Origin: Octopus vulgaris | Lineage: Eukaryota | DNA: 64,000 nucleotides | Direction of reading: 5' to 3' | Assembly: GCA_951406725.2 (NCBI GenBank) | Contig: OX597834.1 | Location: forward strand, 15,190,001-15,254,000 | Part shown: positions 46,351-58,379 of the stretch, piece by piece | Layout: every line of letters begins with the position of its first letter | Numbering within the stretch: the first letter of the stretch is position 1 | Made by a program: the position numbers and the translations under genes | The notes under the pieces: generated by a model | Seen by the model: only the letters and a program-made list of their open reading frames with translations | Told to the model about the DNA's origin: nothing | Databases searched by the model: none

Positions 46351-47174
46351 GTATATATGTATGTATGTATATATGTATGTATATATATATGTATGTATAT
46401 ATGTATGTATATATATATGTATATATATATGTATATATGTATATATGTATATATAGATGTATGTATGTATACATGTATGTATGTATAGATGTATGTATGT
46501 ATAGATGTATGTATATGGATGTATATATATTTATGTATGTATATATATATGTATGTATATATATATGTATGTATGTATATATGTATGTATGTATATATGT
46601 ATGTATGTGTATATATATATGTATGTGTATATATATATGTATGTATATATATATATGTATGTGTGTATATATGTATGTGTGTGTATATATATATATATAT
46701 GTATGTGTATGTATATGTATGTATGTATGTATATATGTATATATGTATATATATGTATATGTATATATGTGTATATATATATATATTAATAGTTATCGCC
46801 ATACTAATATGGCAGTCTATAAATATAAGACTAAAGCTGTCGCTGATTAGCTCCCAGAGGCCATCGCCTCTCGCTAGCTATATGACACACGAACCTGCGT
46901 CCATTACAACCTTCGAACAGGGGAGGTCAGCCGCTTCACCTTGCTAGTCAGCATAAAATCCACAAAGTTGTCTTTCCTTACAGGAACTGGATAACTCCTA
47001 CCCCATTTCCTGCTTTGAAACTCTTTTACCAAACACTTTAAACTAAGCACCACGTTTAATAACATGGATCTTACTCCACCAAAGAAATTTCTCCAAGGAC
47101 TAATTTTGAACTCTAAAAGCATGAAAACTCTACAATGTATCGGTATACTTATTTAGTAATTTTTGAATGTTTAT

Positions 47175-47573
47175 TCTCTTTTCTCTTTTACTTGTTTCAG
47201 TCATTTGACTGTGGCCATGCTGGAGTACCGCCTTTAGTCGAGCAAATCGACCCCGGGACTTATTCTTTGTAAGACCAGTACTTATTCTATCGGTCTCTTT
47301 TGCCGAAACGCTAAGTGACGGGGACGTAAACACACCAGCATCGGTTGTCAAGCAATGCTAGGGGGACAAACACAAAAACACACACACACATATATATATA
47401 TACATATATACGACGGGCTTCTTTCAGTTTCCGTCTACCAAATCCACTCACAAGGCTTTGGTCGGCCCGAGGCTATAGCAGAAGTCACTTGCCCAAGATG
47501 CCACGCAGTGGGACTGAACCCGGAACCATGTGGTTGGTAAGCAAGCTACTTACCACACAGCCACTCCTGCGCC
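47175..47573 (-). mobile_element. SINE family A, full length
   Basis: Reverse complement of the consensus. Confidence 0.92.
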
Positions 47574-47706
47574 TTTCGTTAAAAACATGGTAAATTTCTT
47601 TCCCCTTCCTCAATTTTAAAAAAATTTCTTTTCCCATTTCAAATCTTGAAAATTTGCTTTCCAATGAAGACTTATGTGATTCATTATTTTTTTAAATCTC
47701 CATACA

Positions 47707-48113
47707 GGCGCAGGAGTGGCTGTGTGGTAAGTAGCTTGCTAACCAACCACATGGTTCCGGGTTCAGTCCCACTGCGTGGCATCTTGGACAAGTGTCTTCT
47801 GCTATAGCCCCGGGCCGACCTATGCCTTGTGAGTGAATTTGGTAGACGGAAACTGAAAGAAGCCTGTCGTATATATGTATATATATATGTGTGTGTGTGT
47901 GTTTGTGTGTCTGTGTTTGTTCCCCTAGCATTGCTTGACAACCGATGCTGGAGTGTTTACGTCCCCGTCACTTAGCGGTTCGGCAAAAGAGACCGATAGA
48001 ATAAGTACTGGGCTTACAAAGAATAAGTCCCGGGGTCGATTTGCTCGACTAAAGGCGGTGCTCCAGCATGGCCGCAGTCAAATGACTGAAACAAGTAAAA
48101 GAGTAAAAGAGTA
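47707..48113 (+). mobile_element. SINE family A, full length
   Basis: Near-identical to the 20577 copy. Confidence 0.92.
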
Positions 48114-48189
48114 ATACACCCATTTTTATTAAAATTTACTTTCAATGTAGCATTCTGCCTTATTATAATTTTTCCTCTCTTATATCACA

Positions 48190-48488
48190 CGTGATCACGT
48201 GACCGACCAGACCCTCAGATGTTGCCTCACATCGCTGGTCACAATGCGTTCGCATTGTTTTAGCCTTCGAACGACGCCTCCCCGCTGGCTAAGCGAGCAG
48301 GCCAACAGAAGAAAGATTGAGAGAAAGAGTGGTGAAAGAGTACAGCAGGGATCACCCCGCCCCCTGCCGGAGCTTCGTGGGGCTTTTAGGTGTTTTCCCT
48401 CAATAAACACTCACAACACCCGGTCTGGGAATCGAAACCGCGATCCTACGACCGCGAGTCCGCTGCCCTAACCACTAGGCTATTGCTT
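48190..48488 (-). mobile_element. SINE family C, tail type 1
   Basis: Reverse complement of 38540-38850. Confidence 0.9.
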
Positions 48489-49280
48489 ATATATATACAT
48501 ATCGTTTTTGTGGCAGATAAATTATACGGTATTTAATTTTACTAATGGCTTCGAGCAAGTATCTTATTGTGTAAACAATTTACTCTGTGATAAGCTGCTT
48601 CTGCGAATTAGGAACTGCTTCGATTTATGGTCATTTGTTTAATGACATTTGGTGTACGTTAGGAGTTTGATTTGATAAACATGAATCAGTTCAGTTTTAT
48701 GTAACATTCATAATACGGTTCTCAAAGTTTGGCACAAGGACAGCAAATTATATATATATATATATATATAACAATTTAAAAGAATGCGTTACATATGTTA
48801 CCCTTATTGGAGCAAATGTGGCTTGCAGCTGTTTCTAGTAGTCATTGTAGGTACCGTACTGATGAGTTTGCTCAATTGGTCTATTGATCAATTAAGGAAA
48901 ATGAGCGCCTTAAGAAAATTACTGCTACTTTCATCGGAGCCATTTTTGATGAAGTGAGCATTAATTTTCGTAACCGTCCCACAAGAAAAGAATTAATATT
49001 GGTTTCTAATACAGTAAACAAACGTGTCAGCCTTAGTATTTCACCAGCACATTATTTTATCGACACGGAAGGCTGGAATGCATCGTAAGGCTCGGATGGT
49101 TTCGAACTCAAAATCTTAAGATTTGCTTCTGAATAGCGCAAGATATTTTGTCCGAAGCCCTCCTATTTCAATCAATCTGCAGGTCTTGGGTAAGAATAAT
49201 GTTTAAAGAAATTCTGTGATTTTTATAATGCTAAGAATATCAGACAAAAATTTACTCTCGAGGTTCAATCTTATATAATA

Positions 49281-49437
49281 GCAGGAGTGGCTTTGTGTTA
49301 AGTAGATTGCTTACGAACCACATGGTCCCGGGTTCAGTCCCACTGCTTGGCACCTTGGGCAAGTGTCTTCTACTATAGATCGGGCCAACCAAAGCCTTGT
49401 GAGTGGATTTGGTAGACGGAAACTGAAAGAAGCCCGT

Positions 49438-49474
<37 letters not shown>

Positions 49475-49677
49475 ATATGTTTATGTGTCTGTGTTTGTCC
49501 CCCCAACATCACTTCCAAACTGATGCTGGTGTGTTTACTTCCCCGTTAATTGGCGGTTCGGCAAAAGAAACCGATACAATAAGTACTAGGCTTACAAAGA
49601 ATAAGTCCTGGGGTCGATTTGCTCGAGTAAAAACGGTGCTCCAGCATAGCCACAGTCAAATGACTGAAATATGTAAA
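49281..49677 (+). mobile_element. SINE family A (5' part duplicated at 50425-50731)
   Basis: Consensus with private variants shared by the second copy. Confidence 0.9.
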
Positions 49678-49884
49678 GCAGCAATAAATAATGAGTACAT
49701 TTTGAACGTTCGACAGGTTGATGGGAAATTAAGGTGGCACAGAAGCGAGTGAACTCGTAAATGTATGACTCTTGTGTAAACTACAGCGTTGGCAAAATAT
49801 GCATTCTCATTTTGATAAAACCATATTCTGGGCTTTAAGAACATGATCTATATATTGAACAGCTACACGAATTCTGTGTTAATG

Positions 49885-50255
49885 TATGGAAGTATTCGAG
49901 CTTTGGTGTTGGAGAAGACTTTTACGGATTCCATGACAGCGAGGCTCACCAATGGAGAAGTTCTTAAGCAGATCAGGCCGAAAATGTCGCTAGAAGCTAG
50001 GATCACCAGGCATAGATTGGCATATTTTGGTCATATTATGCGGAGAAAATCCCTGGAGAAGGACATCATGCTCGGAATGTTCAGTGGCAAAAGAGGAAGA
50101 GGCCGACCAAGAACCTGCTGGCTTGACACCATCAAGAGTGATGCCTGAATGGACATAGCCAATCTGAAAGAAGCGGCCCAGGATAGAACTGACCGGAGGA
50201 CATTGATCCATCGAGTAACCGAGAGTCGACTTCGACTGAGCGGATAGATAGATAG
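49885..50255 (+). mobile_element. RTE (BovB-like) LINE 3' end with (GATA)n tail
   Basis: TNGEVL...RLAYFGHIMRRKSLEKDIMLG...GKRGRGRPRTCWLD, then LKEAAQDR...IHRVTESRLRLSG. Confidence 0.88.
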
Positions 50256-50603
50256 TATGGAAGTGAGGTGTGACCTGCAACATCAGAAATGAGAAAATGG
50301 TTGGAAAACTGTAAAATGTGATTCTTAAGGAGTAGCTGAGATTTCTTGACTATATTATGAGGAAAGAAGGCCGGAAGAATTAAGCGATGATCGAAAAGAT
50401 TGGTGGGAAAAGAAGCAGAGGAAAGAGGTTCAATCTTATATAATAGCAGGAGTGGCTTTGTGTTAAGTAGATTGCTTACGAACCACATGGTCCCGGGTTC
50501 AGTCCCACTGCTTGGCACCTTGGGCAAGTGTCTTCTACTATAGATCGGGCCAACCAAAGCCTTGTGAGTGGATTTGGTAGACGGAAACTGAAAGAAGCCC
50601 GTC

Positions 50604-50655
<52 letters not shown>

Positions 50656-50937
50656 ATATGTTTATGTGTCTGTGTTTGTCCCCCCAACATCACTTCCAAA
50701 CTGATGCTGGTGTGTTTACTTCCCCGTTAATCCCCGTTTTGGACGTCAAGCAGGGTGAACTGAAGCATTAAACAGCAGAAAGATAAAAATAGGGACCAAC
50801 CTGGTAATCAACAACTTCCTAGATACGATTACAAATAAATAGAATCGTTAGCACGCCGGGCAAAATGCTTAACTGTATTCCATCTGCAGCTACGTTCTGA
50901 GTTCAAATTCCGCCGAGGTCGACTTTGCCTTTCATCC

Positions 50938-51684
50938 TTTCGGGATCAATAAATTGAGTAGCTGTTTGGTACTGGGCTCGATCTAATCGACTGACCCCCT
51001 TCTCAAAAATACTTTCGGGATCAATAAATTGAGTAGCTGTTGGGTACTGGGCTCGATCTAATCGACTGACCCCCTTCTCAAAAATACTTTCGGGATCAAT
51101 AAATTGAGTAGCTGTTGGGTACTGAGCTCGATCTAATCGACTGACCCCCTTCTCCAAAATACTTTCGGGATCAATAAATTGAGTAGCTGTTGGGTACTGA
51201 GCTCGATCTAATCGACTGACCCCCTTCTCCAAAATACTTTCGGGATCAATAAATTGAGTAGCTGTTGGGTACTGGGCTCGATCTACTCGACTGACCCCTT
51301 TCTCCAAAATACTTTCGGGATCAATAAATTGAGTAGCTGTTGGGTACTGGGTTCGATCTAATCGACTGACCCCCTTCTCCAAAATACTTTCGGGATCAAT
51401 AAATTGAGTAGCTGTTGGGTACTGAGCTCGATCTAATCGACTGACCCCCTTCTCAAAAATACTTTCGGGATCAATAAATTGAGTAGCTGTTGGGTACTGG
51501 GCTCGATCTAATCGACTGACCCCCTTCTCCAAAATACTTTCGGGATCAATAAATTGAGTAGCTGTTGGGTACTGGGCTCGATCTAATCGACTGACCCCCT
51601 TCTCCAAAATACTTTCGGGATCAATAAATTGAATAGCTGTTGGGTACTGGGTTCGATCTAATCGACTGACCCCCTTCTCCAAAA
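50938..51684 (+). repeat. Tandem array, 10 x 75 bp, inside a SINE B2 (50840-51715)
   Basis: cgggatcaataaattg recurs at 50941, 51016, 51091 ... 51616; SINE head before and ggccttgtgcctaga tail after. Confidence 0.95.
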
Positions 51685-51729
51685 TTTCGGGCCTTGTGCC
51701 TAGATAGAAAAGAATATCATTATTATAAA

Positions 51730-52185
51730 AGGCGGCGAGCTGGCAGAATTGTTACTGCGACGGGTAAAAATGCTTAGCAACATTTCTTCCAACTGTACAT
51801 TCTGAGTTCAAACGCCACCAGAGTCAACTTTGCTTAATATTCTTTCGGGCGTCACTAAAACAAGTACCTATTTCTTTATTACCCACAAGGGGCTAAACAT
51901 AGAGGGGACAAACAAAGACAGACATAGGTACTAAGTTTATTACATCGACCCCAGTGCGTAACTGGTACTTAATTTATCGACCCCGAACGGATGAAAGGCA
52001 AAGTCGACCTCGACGGAATTTGAACTCAAAACGTAACGGCAGACGAAATACCGCTAAGCATTTCGCCCGACGTGCTAACGTTTCTGCCAGCTCGCCGCCT
52101 AAAACAAGTACCGATTGAGCACTGGGATCGATGTAACTGACTTACCCGTCTTCCGAATTTGCTGGCCTTGTGCCAAACTTTGAAA
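51730..52185. mobile_element. SINE B2 (+) with nested B1 (-, ~51869-52099)
   Basis: TSD taaaacaagtacc on both sides of the inner copy. Confidence 0.88.
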
Positions 52186-53149
52186 GCCGTATTATGAATG
52201 TTACGTAAAACTTAACTGATTCCTGTTTATCAGCTCAAACTCTTAACGTACACCGAATTTCATTAAACAAATGCCCAAAAGCCGAAGCAGTTTCTGATTC
52301 GCAGAAGCAGCTTTTCACAGAGAAAATTGTTTGCACAATAAGATACTTGCTCGAAGCCATTAGTAAAATTTAATACCGTATAATTTATCTGCCACAAAAA
52401 CGATAGCAGCAAATCCCACGCCAGGGAAAGTAATAACATTTGGTTCAACATACCCCATAGCAAAAACTGTCATAAACTGCACGAGGAAATAATTCTTGTG
52501 ATTAATCAAAAGTAATTCCACAGAGGCAACAAAATTTATAAATTATTCAATGGCAATAGTTAACGTTATGTATAGAAAAAACAATTTCGCTGGGTAACTA
52601 TAGAAACCATCCAAATAATACGAATGTATAAAGACTAACTGAAAGTCATTGTGATTGTGAAAATACCGATTTATTTCCTGCATTAAAAATGAATGAGCAA
52701 TCTTGTTGCATATTGAACGATTACAAGAGAGGATTACTCAGAGATTTAAAGAAAGTATTCTTATCGCGGATGCACAGTTTAAAATGCAGAGGCCTCAAGT
52801 TCTGTGTAGATCAAAGACGTAAGTTTCATTTGACCCTAGAGAAAACCGAACGAGAAAATCACATTCATACAGCCCTATGCACTCTCCGGTAGATATAGGC
52901 ACTATTGCTACCTGGTGCAATACAACGTAGACTTGATCGGAACTATATATACTTAGGTGGGTTTCTAAATAATTCAGATTAAAGCAATTCTAAGCACAAG
53001 ACTGCGTCGAGGATCTCTGCTTTGGCCGTTGCTCTGAGCTCACCTGGTTTCCATCGTCAGAATTTGAAATATAAGATATTAAGTGAAACCCCTTCGATAC
53101 TCAAAAACAAAAATGGTGCTGCCAAGAGGCCCTGGTTGATAATCACCTG

Positions 53150-53677
53150 CAGTGTCGCCATCTATCGGGCATCGATGTTTCAAGCTTCTTGGCTATTTTC
53201 GATGAGATGTACCGAAGAGAGACAACTCTGAACGAACTTATAAAGCCGCAGCTTTATGCATAATTCAGATAACACGTTGCCTGTTATACAATAGTAGATT
53301 GCCCGACCGAGGAAAAATAACGAAGTGTCAGCACTAAACAGTGTTTAGGTATGAGCAGAATTAGTTAAGTTGAAATATGTTTCAACAGATGGCGACACTG
53401 AACGAATCGGGTGTTTTCACACCTTTTGCCAAAAGAAAGATACATTCTGCACGGTAACTGCTCTGTATTTGCCTTTTAACAGTTGACACACGTGACAAAC
53501 TTATTTCAACTTAACGCTAACACTTCGATATTTTCCCTCGGTCGGGCAATCTACTAACGCAAATTAGTTGTCTTGACTGAATTATACATAAAGCCATGGT
53601 TTTATAAGTTCGTTCAGAATTACCTGTCTTAGGTACATCTCATTGACAAGAACCAAGAAGCTTGAAACATCGATGCC
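53150..53677. repeat. Diverged foldback / MITE-like structure
   Basis: 53168-53382 is an imperfect reverse complement of 53498-53677; additional 14-bp inverted repeat cagtgtcgccatct (53150-53163, 53387-53400). Confidence 0.75.
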
Positions 53678-53809
53678 TCACATTCCTAACGAACGAACAC
53701 TGAACGAACCGGTTTTCACATCTTTTTACTATAAGGGGGATATATTCCGCACGATAACTGCAGAGTGTATATATATATATATATATATATATACAAATAT
53801 ATATATATA

Positions 53810-54037
53810 TTTCTTTACTGCCCACAAGGGGCTAAACATAGAGAGGACAAACAAGGACAGACAAAGGGATTAAGTCGATTACATCGACCCCAGTGCGAGA
53901 CTGGTACTTTTATTTATCGACCCCGAAAGGATGAAAGGCAAAGTCGACCTCGGCGGAATTTGAACTCAGAACATAACAGACGAAATACCACTAAGCATTC
54001 CGCTCGGCGCGCTAACGTGTCTACAACCTCGCCGCCG
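53810..54037 (-). mobile_element. SINE B1
   Basis: Consensus match. Confidence 0.9.
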
Positions 54038-54383
54038 TGTGTATATATATATATATATAATATATTAAATTATATATCATTCACACAGACGCACGCATGC
54101 ACACACATGCATAGACACACACACACACACATACATATACATATATATATATATATTAATATATATACAGCTAGACGCAGTATAATACCTTAAAGGAAAA
54201 ATTTAATCGTCACTAAATGTGACTGAGGGTGCCGATGTACCAATGTTGCTAGAAATAGGAGTTAAAGATTCTTAATGATGTAAGAAAAGCGCTCTCCTTA
54301 CAACATTAAGTGTATTTAACTCTTATTTCTAGAAATGTTATTGCTTCGGCACACTCAGTCACATTCAGTGACGATTATATATA

Positions 54384-54435
<52 letters not shown>

Positions 54436-54446
54436 ATATGTGTGTG

Positions 54447-54737
54447 TGGAGGCGCAATGGCCCAGTCGTTAGGGCAGCGAACTCGCGGTCGGAGGACCAC
54501 GGTTTCGATTCATTGACCGAGCGTTGTGTGTGTTTATTAAACGTAAACACCTAAAAGCTCCACGAGGCTCCGGCAGTCGGTTGTGGCGAACCCTGTTGTA
54601 CTCTATCACCACATCTTTCTCTCACTCTCTCTTCCTATTTTCTTTAGCTGGCGTCCCGTCCAGCTGCTGTGGGGAACACATACGCCACAGAAACCGGGAA
54701 ACCGGGCCCACGTGCCTGGCTAGGCTTTAAAAGGGTG
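54447..54737 (+). mobile_element. SINE family C head with tail type 3
   Basis: Head as at 38540; tail ggcgtcccgtccag...gaaaccgggaaaccgg as at 17405-17460. Confidence 0.85.
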
Positions 54738-54749
54738 ACGTTTATCGTG

Positions 54750-54792
<43 letters not shown>

Positions 54793-54795
<3 letters not shown>

Positions 54796-55002
54796 CTTTA
54801 CTAGAGGAGACAAACAAGGACAGACAAACGGATTAAGACGATTACATCGACCCCAGTGCGTAACTGGTACTTAATTTATCGACCCCGGAAGGATGAAAGG
54901 CAAAGTCGACCTCGGCGGAATTTGAACTCGGAACGTAACGGCAGACGAAATACGGCAACGCATTTCGCCTGGCGTGCTAACGTTTCTGCCAGCTCGCCGC
55001 CT
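54793..55002 (-). mobile_element. SINE B1
   Basis: Consensus match. Confidence 0.9.
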
Positions 55003-55218
55003 TCTATATATATATGTATGTATGTGTGTGTGTGTGTAATCATGTATGTTATAGGTATTTTTACGTATATAAGATATCAAAGTCATTCATGTTATTCTGG
55101 TGTCTTCGTGTTACAAAGTTTTATTTGTAACTATGCTGCTGAGGACATATATTCTCCCTTTATTTATATATATATATATATATATTGGCTAAACTGGCAA
55201 AATGACCATTCCGAAATA

Positions 55219-55280
<62 letters not shown>

Positions 55281-55282
<2 letters not shown>

Positions 55283-55410
55283 AAGAATTCACAAATGACG
55301 AAGACAGGTGGTATAGACAACAAACAGATTTATTAGTATAACGCTCGGGAATTAAAAAAGTCTATAACCTTTCGAGCCTACGCTCTTTCACAGAAAGGAA
55401 CATAGAACAC
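55281..55410 (-). mobile_element. Family E micro-element, copy 2
   Basis: Motif at 55362-55397(-); follows a TA tract. Confidence 0.7.
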
Positions 55411-56307
55411 ACACACACACTCAACGAAAGACAAAACCTCCTCCAACTGACGCCGATCAGTCTTGCCTGATGACATTCAAATTTATGTAGTGCAATGTCT
55501 GCTAATTTATTGCACTCGTCTGTTCATCTGCACATCTGTCTGTTGCGATTGCGTGAAGCTGTCCCCAATCGAGACGCCATTTTAACCAGTTGCTACATTC
55601 CGTGTGAAAACACATTACATATTATTCTACTGTAAATACTATTGGGAGAAAAATAGGAATTATATGTTAAAAAAATATTAATAATTTGTATTTCGATGAA
55701 TAAAATTTATTAAAATCTATAAAATAGAAATATAAGTTTCAATTGTATTACATGTCCCCTTATGTTTCACAATACTTTCACGAAGCGGATTTTCATTATT
55801 TCTCGTGTATTTCAATTATCATACGTCTTCCTCATTCACCAGAAAATTGTTAAATACGTTGCATTCTATGATCTATTATTTTTAAATTGAATTATTTAAA
55901 ACATCATGATTTACATTTTCCAGAATATAATAACTGTAAAGAAGCTGTTACATAATTCATTTCCTACACAATGCATCAAAATGTTCTTTCGGTGAAGTTT
56001 GAGAAAAATAAACTTCTGTCTGTTGCTTTGTATACTTTGTGTTGTTTTACACAACTTAGTTTTAAACTGTTTTCGGAATGATGTATATCGATCTGATTAT
56101 ATAGTTTTTTATTAACTCCTGTTGTGTGAAAGGCATTCATCATTCAACCATGCAGTCACAAAGCTGGTTATAAATTGTGATTAATGTTGCCGCTTGGTAA
56201 GGAACATCGTTTCCTAAACACGTCTTCCTCAGTTCAATGTGTAATACGTTCTAGCCGGGCTATGGACTTGGTCTATCAGCTCACATGTATACACACGCAC
56301 GCACAGA

Positions 56308-56339
<32 letters not shown>

Positions 56340-56417
56340 GAATATAGATGCCTGCTCAAGTTCAAATCTCTTGAGCACTATGAAATCTATCTGTATATTG
56401 AATAACTGTCTTTAACC

Positions 56418-56486
<69 letters not shown>

Positions 56487-56532
56487 ATGTGTATATTTGT
56501 ATGTATGTTTGTATGCATGCATGGATACAAAG

Positions 56533-56581
<49 letters not shown>

Positions 56582-56907
56582 AGATAAGAAAATGGAGAAA
56601 TACAATCAAATATCAATTACCAGATAATACTTAATCACATACTTTATTAAACCACCACATACATTATTAAACCACCACATTATGTAGGGTTACACATAAA
56701 AAAGCAGAACAAATCAGTGTACATAAAGGGATGTACATAAAAAAGTGTACATAAAAGAGTGATGTTGTATAATAAGTAGAATATATATAAAAAAGAGAAT
56801 ATACATATAAGTAAATATAAATATAAGTATAGATTACATCTTACAGCTGTTTCGGCCATGTAGATAAGTATGTCCCATTTTACCAATATTGGCCTTTTAT
56901 GGTAGGT

Positions 56908-56954
<47 letters not shown>

Positions 56955-57059
56955 GTGTACCTGCGCGTGTATATAAATATATGTATGTGTGTGTGCGTTT
57001 GTGTGTGAATGTACGTATATGTATGTATTTCTATACGATGGACTTCCATAGAGCTTCTG

Positions 57060-57290
57060 ATTTCTTTATTGCCCAAAAGGGGCTAAACACAGAGAGGACA
57101 AACAGTGACAGACAAACGGTTTAAGTCGATTACATCGACCCAAATGCATAACTGGTGCTTAATTTATCGACCCCGAATGGATGAAAGGCAAAGTCGGCCT
57201 CGGCGGAATTTGAACTCAGAACGTAGTGGCAAACGAAATGCCGCTAAGCATTTCGCCCGGCGTGCTAACGTTTCTGCCAGCTCGCCGGCT
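57060..57290 (-). mobile_element. SINE B1
   Basis: Consensus match. Confidence 0.9.
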
Positions 57291-57462
57291 TCCAAACAGT
57301 TTCTGTCCACTCAATTCACTCATATTATATTGGTCATCCTAAGCCTAAAGCAAGATCAAAAGAACTTGCTCATAGTGCCATGACCTGGGACAGAACCTGA
57401 CACCATCTGGTTGCGAAACTATGCCTGTATCTACCATATGTTACCTAATGAGGGATGGTATA

Positions 57463-57527
57463 GAGTAATCCCTCGACTATCGCGGGCGTTGCGTTCCAAA
57501 ACACCCGCGTTATGCGAGGGAACACTG
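57463..57527. mobile_element. 65-bp Tigger/pogo-like mini-MITE
   Basis: TA|gagtaatccctcgactatcgcgg...ccgcgttatgcgagggaacactg|TA, imperfect TIRs. Confidence 0.6.
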
Positions 57528-57549
57528 TACTCGGTAGACAAATCAACAC

Positions 57550-57622
57550 GCTGGTTTAGTTTAATAGCAGAGCACCCAGCCTGGATCTGAGGGTTACAGG
57601 TTCGAATCCCGTAGTCCTCTGC
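57550..57622 (+). pseudogene. tRNA-derived pseudogene or SINE head (TGG in loop)
   Basis: B-box GGTTCGAATCC, A-box-like tagtttaatagc; acceptor stem does not pair. Confidence 0.5.
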
Positions 57623-57790
57623 TGGAAACTGCATCCCGTCTTACAAGGGTAAATACCCAATCATTGTTTGGTGTTCTTACAACTTTATGGTATTCGAAAA
57701 ATGCTTTCTTGTCTGTATAAAATACGTGTATGAAATACATTCAACGCTACCAAAGATTGTTTATATATGTATATGTGTATCTAACTATCC

Positions 57791-57835
<45 letters not shown>

Positions 57836-57837
57836 GA

Positions 57838-57950
57838 GAGAGAGAGAGGGACAGGTGGTGTAGAAAACAAACAGATGTATTAGTATAACGCTCGGGAATT
57901 GAAAAAGTCTTTAACGTTTCGAGTCTACGCTCTTCTACAGAAAGGAACAC
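57838..57950 (-). mobile_element. Family E micro-element, copy 3
   Basis: Motif at 57909-57944(-); between GA and CA/TA tracts. Confidence 0.7.
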
Positions 57951-57975
57951 ACACACACACACATACATACATATA

Positions 57976-58025
<50 letters not shown>

Positions 58026-58379
58026 TATATATTCGCTGAAAAATCTATGGCTTCTGATCATGTATATACGGTATTTCAATAACGTGCGTGAAAGTCGTGT
58101 CCTATAGTCTAAAGTCAACGGATTGGAAATAATGAAAGAATAAAATGAAATAATGTAATTTCAGAGAAAAACACAACTCAACGAGATGATTGAGGACGAA
58201 CTATGCATTTTCAGAGAGTTTTTAAACTCATTAAAATCACCATAAATATTAATTGCTCTTGAACGGCTTACCAATTGAGACTTGAAGGCGTCTGGAAATT
58301 ATTGTAGAATATTTACGATATTTGATGAGTTTTAATGACGTCCTCACAAAATTTCACACAATTGTTGCTTTATCACGAG

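Noticed and set aside
48859-48910. CTGATGA...GAAA on the plus strand
   Set aside because: Stem II is not adjacent to the core, and stems I and III do not form.
50938-51684. CRISPR-like array or repeat-protein gene
   Set aside because: No unique spacers; the unit is SINE B sequence and the context is eukaryotic.
55139-55222. CTGAGGA...GAAATATA spanning a TA run
   Set aside because: No stem II or stem I pairing.
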